DNA of 52,805 nucleotides, the filler included, from Theionarchaea archaeon (lineage in GTDB: Archaea; Methanobacteriota_B; Thermococci; Methanofastidiosales; SZ-28-30), in the NCBI GenBank assembly GCA_018992565.1. It is 3 parts of 3 records of this genome, joined end to end, with 100 filler letters (N's around TTAATTAATTAA, not from the genome) between each part and the next. Parts side by side here need not be neighbours in the genome. Positions count along the whole stretch, not along the records: positions 35,681 to 52,805 come from JACVGW010000059.1; 2 more parts are not named here. One strand, given 5' to 3'. Of this stretch, positions 38,528 to 47,924 are shown piece by piece; the first letter of the stretch is position 1, and each line of letters starts with the position of its first letter. The notes under the pieces are model-generated. The model had not been told where the DNA came from and did no database searches. It worked only from the letters and a program-made list of their open reading frames with translations. The position numbers were made by a program, and so were the translations under genes.

Positions 38528-40438
38528 CTAGATTGCTCTCTTGTAACTAAGGACCGATCCTCCTAAGACCAAGAGGGCCACAAATAATGTGCCCAAACAT
38601 AATCCGCCGCCAGCCTCTTCTGATTCTCCAGATGTTCCCGATTTCTCCATGTAGTAGTACCGGTATCCAGCCTTGTCCATGAGTTCTCTCGCCTTAGTCA
38701 GGTCGTATGGGTCTGGTGGGACCTGGGTGTTGAATGCCCATGAAGGTACAGCAATGGGGTTCCTTCCCGGTACGCCATAGCCATTCAGCAGGCTGTCCAC
38801 AATACCCTGTCTATCAATGCAGCAGGAAATTGCCTGTCTCACATACTTGTTGGCCAGGTACGGGTTGCGGCAGTTGAAGTGCAGGTGCTGATAGCCAAAC
38901 TGCTCCTGAGTATGAATCATCAGCCCAGGAGTTGCTTCAATATCTCTAGCAATGGCCTGAAGGTTGTAGTAGGTATCAAGAATGTCAACTTCGCCAGTCT
39001 CCAGAGCAACACGAGCGGCTTCTCTCTCAGGTATGAGCTTGATTACGAAAAAGTCGCATCCTGCTTCTGAGATTCCATATGGAGTACCCCAGTAATTGGG
39101 GGTCTTCTTCATCTTCCAGTACTGGTCAGCTTCCCAGGAATCAAAGATCATGGGTCCAGAACCAATGACATTGTCCCCCCTATTGACATCTGATTCCATC
39201 CAGGCGGTAGCAGCTTCTTCTCCTGTTATGGGAAGACCGCCGTAAACGTGCTTCGGAAGTATGAAGACGCCACCCACGTTTTGCAGCCAAGAAGCATGCG
39301 GCATGTTAACGAAGATTCTCAGAGTATACGTGTCAATAATCTCAGAACCACCGTAGCAATCTCTGAATGTCCCGTATCCCTGAAATGCGGTATCTGGGCT
39401 TACGCAGGCATCCAAAGACCACTTGACATCCTCACTGGTCATTTCCACGCCATCATGGAACATGATGCCTTCTCTGAGCTTGATGTCGAAGTACTCAGGG
39501 AAAACTACAGGTTCAGCCAGCAAGGCATTCACCTTGGATTTCTTGACGTCTGGCGCCAGGGACTCGATGGTAGCATCATCAACCGGCGTGGGGGCAAAGA
39601 CAATGGTAGGCCCTGGAGTCCCCAATTCCGCCAGATAGGGACCCAAGGAGAGATCATCTTCTATCAAGTACAGAGTCTCAAAGATTTGACAATGCAGGTA
39701 GTGGCCATAGACAGAGTTCCATCTCCATGGCAGCATACCTTCCACAGCAGCGGGCGAACTGAAGACAATGGTATCCTTTCCCGGTATTTTCCATGTATTG
39801 GCAAAGTAGTTTCTGTCCCATTGGATGGTGTTGAACCCTTCTAAGGTATCAACGGATGCCCACATATTCAGAGGGATGTATACCACACAATAGGGTTTTT
39901 CGTCAGCAACAATCTCCTGCCATCTCAAGAGATACTCTCTTCTCTTTTCCTGGTCCAGTTCGACTCGTGCTTTGGCCAGCATCTCATCAGACTCTGGACA
40001 CCACCAGTGGGTGACATTATTACCCTTGGGGGTCATAGAAGAAGAGTGGAATATGTCAAAAGGATCAGGATCGACACCAACATTCCAGCCAAACGATGAA
40101 ATATCAAATCCCTCTTCCTGGTATTCATTGCCATAGTAGTTGTTGAATTCTCTGTTTATGAGGTCCCCGAACTCCAGCAGTTTGAAGTCAGCATTTATTC
40201 CAATCTTCGGGAGCTCAAGGTTAATAGCCTGGGTGTATTGCTCCCTGACCTTATTCCCCTGAGGAGCAATCTGCGTTATGAAGAAGAAAGGGGGGTACTT
40301 CTCATAGCCCTCAGTGAATGGAACTCGCTTCCATTCTGTCTCTTGTGCGAAAGTAGCTGTCCCAAGAAGAGACAGCACAAGGCAGACCATCAGTACAGAG
40401 GATAGAGCGACTACTGCTTTTCTTGTCTGTTTTTCCAT
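38528..40438 (-). CDS. family-5 (OppA/DppA/NikA-like) solute-binding protein, circularly permuted, with C-terminal GGGLCLG anchor
   Basis: LREGIMFHDG, SEDVKWS, IGSGPM, VRQAISCCIDR, YDLTKARELMDKAG; canonical C-terminal lobe located at the N-terminus. Confidence 0.85.
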   Translation of the reverse strand: MEKQTRKAVVALSSVLMVCLVLSLLGTATFAQETEWKRVPFTEGYEKYPPFFFITQIAPQGNKVREQYTQAINLELPKIGINADFKLLEFGDLINREFNNYYGNEYQEEGFDISSFGWNVGVDPDPFDIFHSSSMTPKGNNVTHWWCPESDEMLAKARVELDQEKRREYLLRWQEIVADEKPYCVVYIPLNMWASVDTLEGFNTIQWDRNYFANTWKIPGKDTIVFSSPAAVEGMLPWRWNSVYGHYLHCQIFETLYLIEDDLSLGPYLAELGTPGPTIVFAPTPVDDATIESLAPDVKKSKVNALLAEPVVFPEYFDIKLREGIMFHDGVEMTSEDVKWSLDACVSPDTAFQGYGTFRDCYGGSEIIDTYTLRIFVNMPHASWLQNVGGVFILPKHVYGGLPITGEEAATAWMESDVNRGDNVIGSGPMIFDSWEADQYWKMKKTPNYWGTPYGISEAGCDFFVIKLIPEREAARVALETGEVDILDTYYNLQAIARDIEATPGLMIHTQEQFGYQHLHFNCRNPYLANKYVRQAISCCIDRQGIVDSLLNGYGVPGRNPIAVPSWAFNTQVPPDPYDLTKARELMDKAGYRYYYMEKSGTSGESEEAGGGLCLGTLFVALLVLGGSVLSYKRAI

Positions 40439-40459
40439 CTATATTCCTCCACTTGTCTC

Positions 40460-40550
40460 CCCTTGTATGCCCCCTCACGAAGGGACCATTACGGTGCCAA
40501 TAGCGACCAAAGGAGGTAGAGATCCTCGTCAGATTGGGGGCATACAAGGG
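40460..40550 (-). promoter_or_regulatory. structured 5' leader with perfect 15-bp stem
   Basis: CCCTTGTATGCCCCC (40460-40474) / GGGGGCATACAAGGG (40536-40550), ending about 10 nt before the GGAGG RBS. Confidence 0.55.
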
Positions 40551-41003
40551 TCTGAGAGTTATGGTCACATACTATCTACTGTAGTATGTGCCATGTTACT
40601 GGGCTGTGCATATCTTTATTTGAATTTTCCAGATTGTATGTGCATGACTTTTTTTGTGAATCAAATGGAAGTTCTTTTCACCAGAAAAATACCAATTGGC
40701 TCAGAATTCAAACATGTATAATAAAAGATGTTATTATATCGAAAACGGTGCCTGCGCCAGATTCAATTTCTAAGTCCTAATATCTTTCAGGTTTATTATT
40801 AGAAATTCGACAGCATCAATGAATGGCACATGTTTGGAGCCTCAGAAAGGCAAAGCACTCTATTCCTTCATACATGGGAGAGTAATTCCATAGACCCAGG
40901 AGGGCTCTCAGAAAGTCATGACAATGTAGCACGGAAACCTACAGGTAGCAGGTCATGAACCTGCCCACATGTGATGCAGCTTGCATGAAGAGAGTTGTTT
41001 TAT

Positions 41004-41482
41004 TCATTTAATGCCCCAATACTCTACTAAGGCATGCTTTTCGCTTTTGACAATCCCACTTTCCAGGAGGCTGCGGGTCAGAGAGAGAAGAGGAAGTCGA
41101 GCAATGTCTGACATACATGCCCTGTTGATTCTGAAGTATTCCCTCACCAGATGTGCAAGGACAAGCAATGTCTCTCCCACCTTGAAGAACCATGAGCACG
41201 TTGGGAGTTCAGAAAAGAGGTCAATGACAAAATCCTCGTATTTAGTCTCGAAAACAAAAAAATAGGGATCATATGCCGAAACACCATCAGGAAAGTATCC
41301 AGTATACCTGGTGCAACATTCATCAACTCTCTGCAGGAATTTGTATATCTTTCCTGTTGAAATGAGGTGCTGTTTCATCACAGGGGTAAAGGGTTTCCTG
41401 ACATCAAACTCAAAATAGCGAAACAGGTTCTCGTCCTCCTCGTCCCAGGTCACATCTTCACGGGAGCGAGTTTTGATCAGTC
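41004..41482 (-). CDS. hypothetical protein, C-terminal part (5' end lost in gap)
   Basis: frame open into gap 41483-41582; protein-like composition. Confidence 0.55.
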
Positions 41483-41582
41483 NNNNNNNNNNNNNNNNNN
41501 NNNNNNNNNNNNNNNNNNNNNNNNNNNNNNNNNNNNNNNNNNNNNNNNNNNNNNNNNNNNNNNNNNNNNNNNNNNNNNNNNN
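41483..41582. other. scaffold gap (100 N); true distance unknown
   Basis: run of N joining two unrelated genes. Confidence 0.99.
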
Positions 41583-42529
41583 CCTGCAGCACTGCTATTT
41601 CATCTGCCTGAGTAATGGTAGATAGTCTATGTGCAACCATGAAGATAGTAGTATCCACAAGATATTCTTTGATATTGTGGAAGATTTTTTCCTCAATTTC
41701 TGAATCAACTGCAGACATTCCTTCATCTATAATCAGGACCTCTGGCTTTCTAATAACTGCTCTGGCCAGCGCTATTCTCTGGATCTGGCCTGCAGATAAT
41801 GTTATCCCCTTCTCACCTACAATGGTGCCATATCCTGCAGGGAGAAAAGATACAAAACCATCAATCGAGCAGATTCTAGCCACCTTCCTCAGGATCTCCT
41901 CCGAGAACTCCTCCCCCAGAAAGATATTGTCTCTTATAGTAGAATTAATCAAAAGAGAGGTTTGTTCTACCAGAGCTAGGTGCCTTCGAAGAGATGGAAG
42001 AGTATATTCTGCTATATTTTCTCTATCCAAAGGATATGCCCTTGATCTGGATGATAGAATCGGTACAAAAGAAAAACCAACGTGGTCTTCCCAGTTCCAC
42101 TGGCGCCTACAACTGCTGTTACCTTCCCTGGCGACATGTCAAGGGATACTCCTCTCAATACAGGTGCATTCCCCTTATCGTACATAAACCACACATCCTG
42201 AAACCCTATTTCAGGCGCCCATTCCAGCTTGAGCTCTTTCCCTCTGCCCAATTCCTCTGTTCTTTTCAGCAGAGAAAATATCCTTTCACCGGTTGGGACT
42301 GACTGCTGCATAGCGTCATTCCATTCAGCAAGATTTTGAATGGGAAATTGAATAGGAGTAGTACTGAATAGGTTCCAGCAGTCAGGCTGTCAATAAAATT
42401 CCTTATGAGAAAAGGAAGGAGTGCTGATAACCCAATGGTCAAGAGGTTTGCCAAGATTATGTAAACCTGAGGGCGGATATAGCTCAGACTTCTGTTCCAG
42501 ATTTCCTTGAAAATAGCATTTCTGTACAC
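41583..42529 (-). pseudogene. MsbA-like ABC exporter pseudogene (frameshifts, most of TM domain deleted)
   Basis: Three fragments in different frames: first TM helix (42266-42529), Walker A GASGTGKT (42012-42311), LSAGQ/IIDE/AHRLST (41583-42030). Confidence 0.8.
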
Positions 42530-43024
42530 GACCCACCTCCCTATTACCTACAAGCCACAAATCCTGAAGAGAGTCACTCTCATGGGAACTTCTCAAATAG
42601 TTTGTATAAAGACTTAATGGTTTCTTATCACGCATGTTCTAATTTTGTAAAATAAAAAGACTACTCACATTCAAATATATCCACAAAAACCTATCTGAAG
42701 AAGATCTCGTGTATTGAAGTGATGAAAAATATGGGCTTGGCTCCTTGCTTTGAGCCACTCTGAGTCCTGAGTATTCGATTTCCCCGCCAGTTGGTTCCTG
42801 CCACCATCCATTATGTTTCATATAGCACTGTGCGTGGCACGAATGAAGCATTCTGGTGAAGCCAGCTGGGAAAAGAATGACTCCTCCGGAGACTTGAGAT
42901 CAGTATCAGCATATCTATCACGACTCTAGGTATCCCTTCCATGTCTCGAAATCGTTTCCACATATACTACTCATATCGGAACGACCGGGACAAACCTTTA
43001 AGAGAAGTATGTGGAAGTACATGT

Positions 43025-43525
43025 ATGAACCAGTCAAATGGGTCATCTCTTAACCTGCCTATCACAGTAAGAAGTGCAGTAACAAGATCAGCATATCTGA
43101 AAATCAATTTGACTACAACCTTCAAATCGTGGGGAGCCCTGTTTTTGTGTGCTGTAATGATCATTGCCACGTATCTTCTCCGTGCCATAGATGCCTCTTC
43201 TTGTAGCCTTATCGTTATCTGGAGCATAGCTTTGGTTTATTTACTGATTGTACTTGTGACTGCCGTGTACCTTGCTTATACGTCCAAGAATTCCTCGTGC
43301 TTGCTTCCGACTCTGTTCACATTTGACGATGAAAGCTTCTCCACGGAAACAGAACTTATGCAGAGTAAGGCAAAGTGGAGCAGTATTATTGCTTTCAAAG
43401 TCGTTGCAGGGTATTATCTCCTCTTCATTTCAGCAACATCATTCATTGCCGTCTCCCAGAAAGCTCTTTCAGTTGAGAATGCTGCAGCATTTGAAAAGCT
43501 GCTCCATGATAAGGTTAAGCATTGA
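43025..43525 (+). CDS. YcxB-like membrane protein
   Basis: two TM helices then FTFDDES...KWSSI...YYLLF; CTTTAA box about 25 bp upstream. Confidence 0.65.
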   Translation: MNQSNGSSLNLPITVRSAVTRSAYLKINLTTTFKSWGALFLCAVMIIATYLLRAIDASSCSLIVIWSIALVYLLIVLVTAVYLAYTSKNSSCLLPTLFTFDDESFSTETELMQSKAKWSSIIAFKVVAGYYLLFISATSFIAVSQKALSVENAAAFEKLLHDKVKH

Positions 43526-43629
43526 TCCTTCTCAGGCTTTCTAGAGGGAGTATAGTCGTCAGGCGAACTTGCACCTCTTCGAGATGGCAGATGGAAAAGA
43601 CATATATTCTATCAGTCACTGTGGACCCT

Positions 43630-44637
43630 ATGAATGTCATTAACGTGCTCAAGGAGCTTGTCGCAATTGAAAGTCACACTGATGGGAGACCTATCATCTC
43701 TCACGTTACAGGAATACTTGTAGATCTGGGCGCCCATGTCACCCGCTATGGCCCAGAACAGAAGCCTGCTATTCTGGCTGAATTCGGTACTGGAGGTCCT
43801 GTCTTCTCTGGACACCTTGATACCGTTGTCATGGGTGAGTGGGACTATGAGCAGGGACAGATTATCAATGGTAATCTCTATGGGAGAGGGAGTACTGACA
43901 TGAAATCAGGATGCGCTGCCATGATTGCAGCGGCCGAGACACTCAAAGACGATGTCCCGTTCTGCATAGCCTTCACAACAGATGAAGAAATAGGAATGAA
44001 AGGGGCTGAAGACCTGGCCAGAACAGAGACTTTAAGAAAAGCCCCCATTGTCCTGGTAGGAGAGCCAACAGGCCTGAAAGTAGGAACTGGAGAAAAAGGA
44101 GTTCTCTGGTTGGAAGGCGTCGTTAAAGGGAAACCCTCCCACGGGAGTATGCCCTGGATGGGTGACAATGCAATACTCAAGATGGCGCAGCACCTCACAT
44201 CTGTGACCCCTTACACAGAAAAAGAAGGGATGACTATCAACCTTGGACTCATAGAAGGTGGTTCACAGATTAATGTCACTGCAGACACGTGTACAGTCCA
44301 ATTTGATGTCAGGTACCCTCCCACCATGAGAAAGGAGGATGTCGTACAAGCCATGGAAACCCTGACAGGACTCCCGCTAACAGTGAAGTACGATCTTCCC
44401 CCCATATCTATTGATAGTAACAGAAAAGACATTCAACTCCTCCTGGAGCTCGCACCAGGAGCATGCACCTGCTACTTTGCCACTGAAGCTGTGAAATTCT
44501 CGCCTCCTGCCCCTGTTGTTATTCTTGGCCCGGGAGAGCAGGAAATGGCCCACCAAAAAAATGAATTCGTGAACATTGACCAGGTCAAAGAGGCGGAAAA
44601 AATCTACACAGAATACTTCAAAAGAATTTCTTCGTAA
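43630..44637 (+). CDS. M20/ArgE/DapE family metallo-deacylase
   Basis: SGHLDTV, GRGSTDMKSG, DEE, GEPT, GPG...AHQKNE. Confidence 0.9.
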   Translation: MNVINVLKELVAIESHTDGRPIISHVTGILVDLGAHVTRYGPEQKPAILAEFGTGGPVFSGHLDTVVMGEWDYEQGQIINGNLYGRGSTDMKSGCAAMIAAAETLKDDVPFCIAFTTDEEIGMKGAEDLARTETLRKAPIVLVGEPTGLKVGTGEKGVLWLEGVVKGKPSHGSMPWMGDNAILKMAQHLTSVTPYTEKEGMTINLGLIEGGSQINVTADTCTVQFDVRYPPTMRKEDVVQAMETLTGLPLTVKYDLPPISIDSNRKDIQLLLELAPGACTCYFATEAVKFSPPAPVVILGPGEQEMAHQKNEFVNIDQVKEAEKIYTEYFKRISS

Positions 44638-44644
44638 TCAACAG

Positions 44645-44843
44645 AAAAAAAGGCCAGATTTCTGGGGAAGAGGAGGGAAAATCCCTCCTTCCCTTTGGGT
44701 GATCCCTTATGCCTCCTTACTCGACCCCGCATTTCTCTCCTACCTCGAAAGGTATTAGAATGGGATAACCCCGGAGCGTGTTTCATGCTAAAAGCAGACT
44801 CATAGGAGGAAAGAATATGGCGGAAGGGGAAATCCCATCTAAT
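44645..44843 (-). ncRNA. candidate ~200-nt structured RNA (sRNA-2)
   Basis: Promoter 44857-44882; 5' stem TTAGATGGGAT/ATCCCATTCTAA; TACC-TTTCGA-GGTA hairpin; GC-rich 3' hairpins and T7 tract. Confidence 0.55.
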
Positions 44844-44846
44844 CAT

Positions 44847-44882
44847 TATTGCTAATCAATACTATATAAAGCTTTCGGTTAT
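44847..44882 (-). promoter_or_regulatory. BRE-TATA promoter plus TATTG-N5-CAATA palindrome
   Basis: 26-bp identity with 10361-10386; palindrome at 44847-44861. Confidence 0.75.
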
Positions 44883-44945
44883 ACACGTTAGTTAAAGTTA
44901 ATGATTAGTCAGAAAAGCTTATAAGGATATAGGAGTGTTATATCT

Positions 44946-45055
44946 AGGGGTGTTCCTTATGCCTCCTACCTAAGGAAAATCCAAATCATGTGGTTCGTCT
45001 GGTATGTTCTCTCCACCTGATTTGAGTTCTGAAGGGAGCACCCCTGCCTTTTTTT
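44946..45055 (+). ncRNA. candidate ~105-nt structured small RNA with anti-SD-like loop (sRNA-3)
   Basis: AGAAAAGCTTATAA promoter at 44911-44924; closing stem AGGGGTGTTC/GAGCACCCCT; two internal hairpins; T7 terminator. Confidence 0.6.
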
Positions 45056-45135
45056 GGATGGAGCTGTTTTTTGAAGACTATTTCAGCTCTGAACAGCTAT
45101 GTCAAAAAATGTGTGTCACAAAGGACATTTAGGCA

Positions 45136-46008
45136 TTATTTTTCCCTGAGAACAGGTAAGGTCATACAGTGAGGTCCTCCCCCTGCTTTTGCCAGTTCAT
45201 AACCGGGAAGGGGAAATATTTCTATTGAATGTTCTTCAAGCTCTGAGATTATGCGGGTATTCCACGAATAAGAGACTGCCAGCTTGGGATTCACCATGAA
45301 TATGTTAGGTCCAAATGCTCTGGCTTCTTCATCATTGACTTCGATGAGGGTGAATCCTTTCTCTCTCAGAAATTCCGGGAGCAGCACAAGGGCCCTGTCT
45401 GTGAATGTGCAAGCGGGGAAGAGCAGGGAGCCGGGGTGATAGAGGGCCAGATCTCTGCCCAGAATCATGAGACAGCCGTCCAGGTGCACTCTGAAAGAGG
45501 GCAAAGGGACAGCAATCACTTCTTTCACAGCGCTTCCAAGCAGGTATTCTGCAAGTTGTGAAACACCAGCAAGATTAGTGCGAGGACCGACCCCCACCAT
45601 GAGACAGTCTTCAGAAAGGTAGACCAAATCACCCCCCTCACAGGCATGGGTCACTTCCAATGTCGGTATGCCCATGTCTCTGAATAGGGGGATGAGGTAC
45701 TGTGGTTCAAAAAGCCGTGCAGGGAATAGGGGACGCATGATCAAAGCACCGTTCTTGCTCACAGATGCTATGTCCCTGGTAAACATGAGGTTGGGGCACA
45801 CTGTCTTGCCAACAAGAATGACTTCAATATGCTGGTCTCTCAGAAACTCAACATACATCTCATGCTCTTTCTTGCTTTTCTCCTGTGATACCGGTTCTCT
45901 ATACAGAAATTCTCTCTTGTTAGCTTCCGTGACCAGAGTGATTTCATCGCCAGGAGAGTGCATGATAACCTTCTTGACAGGGTAATACTCTGATTGGGCT
46001 CCATACAT
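45136..46008 (-). CDS. arginine deiminase / amidinotransferase superfamily protein
   Basis: PNLMFTRD, EGGD, RTN, HLD, GGGPHCMT. Confidence 0.88.
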   Translation of the reverse strand: MYGAQSEYYPVKKVIMHSPGDEITLVTEANKREFLYREPVSQEKSKKEHEMYVEFLRDQHIEVILVGKTVCPNLMFTRDIASVSKNGALIMRPLFPARLFEPQYLIPLFRDMGIPTLEVTHACEGGDLVYLSEDCLMVGVGPRTNLAGVSQLAEYLLGSAVKEVIAVPLPSFRVHLDGCLMILGRDLALYHPGSLLFPACTFTDRALVLLPEFLREKGFTLIEVNDEEARAFGPNIFMVNPKLAVSYSWNTRIISELEEHSIEIFPLPGYELAKAGGGPHCMTLPVLREK

Positions 46009-46357
46009 GAGGTTTCATCCACCACAGGCTTTTTAATAGATTCGGTGAAAGCCTACTGGGGATACTCTGCGCAGGAATAGAAGAAGCCCCACGAAAACTT
46101 CAACAGCTATATTCTGGTTGGAAAAAACTCCAAGTCTTAGAGTCTCGCCCAAGGGAGATACTCTGAGGGAAAGTGTGTCGTTCAGTGATTGAAAGACCAG
46201 ACCTTACAGGTGAAGTATGATGCTGTTTCGGTAATCCTAGCCGTAAAATTCGAATTGTTGCCCCATTCCAAAAGATATTACCATAAGAAGAAGAAATGCG
46301 TGTTTTAGAGTCAATAAGGTTTATATACATGCACAGCACCTGGAGACTGGTGACTGT

Positions 46358-46987
46358 ATGGAGGAACACAGAATACCATCTTCTCTGGCTCGCATAATAT
46401 TCCAAAGCGTCGAAGAGCATATTGGCGAGAATGGGCTCAATATGTTCTTGAAACGGGCAGGCCTCGAAGAGTACATTGGAAAGGAGCTGCCTGATGATGA
46501 TACACCTTCTCTTGAAATGAGCAAGTTTAAGAAAGGCATTGGACTGATCGTTGAATTATTCGGAGAAAAGGCTGCCAAACCCTTGTTGTTGCGCTGGGGT
46601 AAGTTGACTTTTGAATATGCACTGAAAAATAAGCCAACATTGTTTGGGTTAGCAGGGCTGGTGACCACCTTCATGGGGGAAGAAGGTAAGGAGAGATTTA
46701 TCTTAAAACGGGTACTCAAGGAATCTGAAAATCTGTATGATGTACCACATATACTAACTGAGGACACAGACTGTTTCTACGTCGAGATACAGGATTGTTT
46801 TTACTGCAGTAATTTGCACTCTGATAATTGTATTTGCTGGGCACCAGCTGGGTTCTGGATTACTATGATGACATGGATTACAGGGAAGAACCATGAAGTC
46901 AAGGAAACAGAATGCATGGCACAGGGACACCCTTCCTGCAAGTTTCGTATAGCCAAGAAAGGTTCAGTACTGTCCCCGACAGCCTAG
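46358..46987 (+). CDS. V4R domain protein
   Basis: CFYC, CIC, EVKETECMAQGHPSCKF. Confidence 0.85.
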   Translation: MEEHRIPSSLARIIFQSVEEHIGENGLNMFLKRAGLEEYIGKELPDDDTPSLEMSKFKKGIGLIVELFGEKAAKPLLLRWGKLTFEYALKNKPTLFGLAGLVTTFMGEEGKERFILKRVLKESENLYDVPHILTEDTDCFYVEIQDCFYCSNLHSDNCICWAPAGFWITMMTWITGKNHEVKETECMAQGHPSCKFRIAKKGSVLSPTA

Positions 46988-47031
46988 TCCACCCTTAAAG
47001 AGATGTTCAGACTTGGTGACGGTATAGAGAA

Positions 47032-47802
47032 TCATCCTTTCTCGAATGAGTTCCGGGCTTTTCCTGGTTTTACAGCAAGGACTTCTTTTCGTTCTCTACC
47101 TTTCAAGTCTCTGATGGCATACAATGTAATTACGGAAGAGACACCTTTCTCCCTCAAAGACTTCACGTAGTCCAGGACTCGTGTCCTGGCACCTCTCATG
47201 GTATCCTTCAATGCCCAACCAACACCTTTTCGCACCAAATCCTCTGTCTCCCAGATGAGGTTATTGCACAATTCTAAAGCATCTTCCGTGAATCTTCCAC
47301 TCTCCCCAACCTTCCTGGTAAACGTAACAACACTCAGTCTTCGTTTCCACATGTTCGTGGAGCTGTTGATGTTCCTCAGAAAGGACAGAGTCTCTCCAGG
47401 GTACTTCAAGAGGAGTGGTTGTGTAATCCGACTGGCAAACCAGTCAGTGTCCCCCCAGTTGCTGAGACAGTCCGTAATATCCTCCAGGTAAGTAAAGTGG
47501 GAAGGCGATATCTCATCAAGGCTGGTAACCAGTATGGTGTCACCAAAGGCAATCTGTTCAGAAATCCCGGAACAATAGAGCATTTTTACGAGGTGAAACC
47601 GTTCAGTTAGTTCTAGTTGACTGAATTGACCTTCGTACTGCGCAATGAGGTCTCTCAGTACCTCTCCGGTGAGTCCATAGTATGTGTGATTGATGTTGAA
47701 CCGTTTGGCTCTCTCAGTGTTTTTTGATGCTGTCACATGGTCGGCTCTCTTCTCCAACTGGGTCACAATTTCCCTATGCAGTTCTCGGAACGTCATACTC
47801 AT
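47032..47802 (-). CDS. DNA alkylation repair (AlkD-like HEAT-repeat) protein
   Basis: NWGDTD, NMWKRR, EDLVRKGVGWALKD. Confidence 0.85.
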   Translation of the reverse strand: MSMTFRELHREIVTQLEKRADHVTASKNTERAKRFNINHTYYGLTGEVLRDLIAQYEGQFSQLELTERFHLVKMLYCSGISEQIAFGDTILVTSLDEISPSHFTYLEDITDCLSNWGDTDWFASRITQPLLLKYPGETLSFLRNINSSTNMWKRRLSVVTFTRKVGESGRFTEDALELCNNLIWETEDLVRKGVGWALKDTMRGARTRVLDYVKSLREKGVSSVITLYAIRDLKGRERKEVLAVKPGKARNSFEKG

Positions 47803-47924
47803 CCTCAGTCTACCATACACTGGTCGTCTTAAATGCTTTTTCTCCAGTTTCGGAGTATTCAGTGAACACCTGTTGAGCCTCCTTGTCTGGTCATGCGCAT
47901 ATTGTGAGTGCCTCTCCTTGTGGA

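Noticed and set aside
42639..42940. Short minus-strand ORFs upstream of the ABC pseudogene
   Set aside because: No recognisable protein features in any frame
44604..44846. 80-aa minus-strand ORF over sRNA-2
   Set aside because: ATG lies at or before the expected TSS, the ORF runs through terminator-like hairpins and the T tract into the convergent gene, and no domain is recognisable
45031..45040. GAAGGGAGCA resembling SRP RNA helix 8
   Set aside because: The matching 5' strand and the ~300-nt SRP architecture are absent
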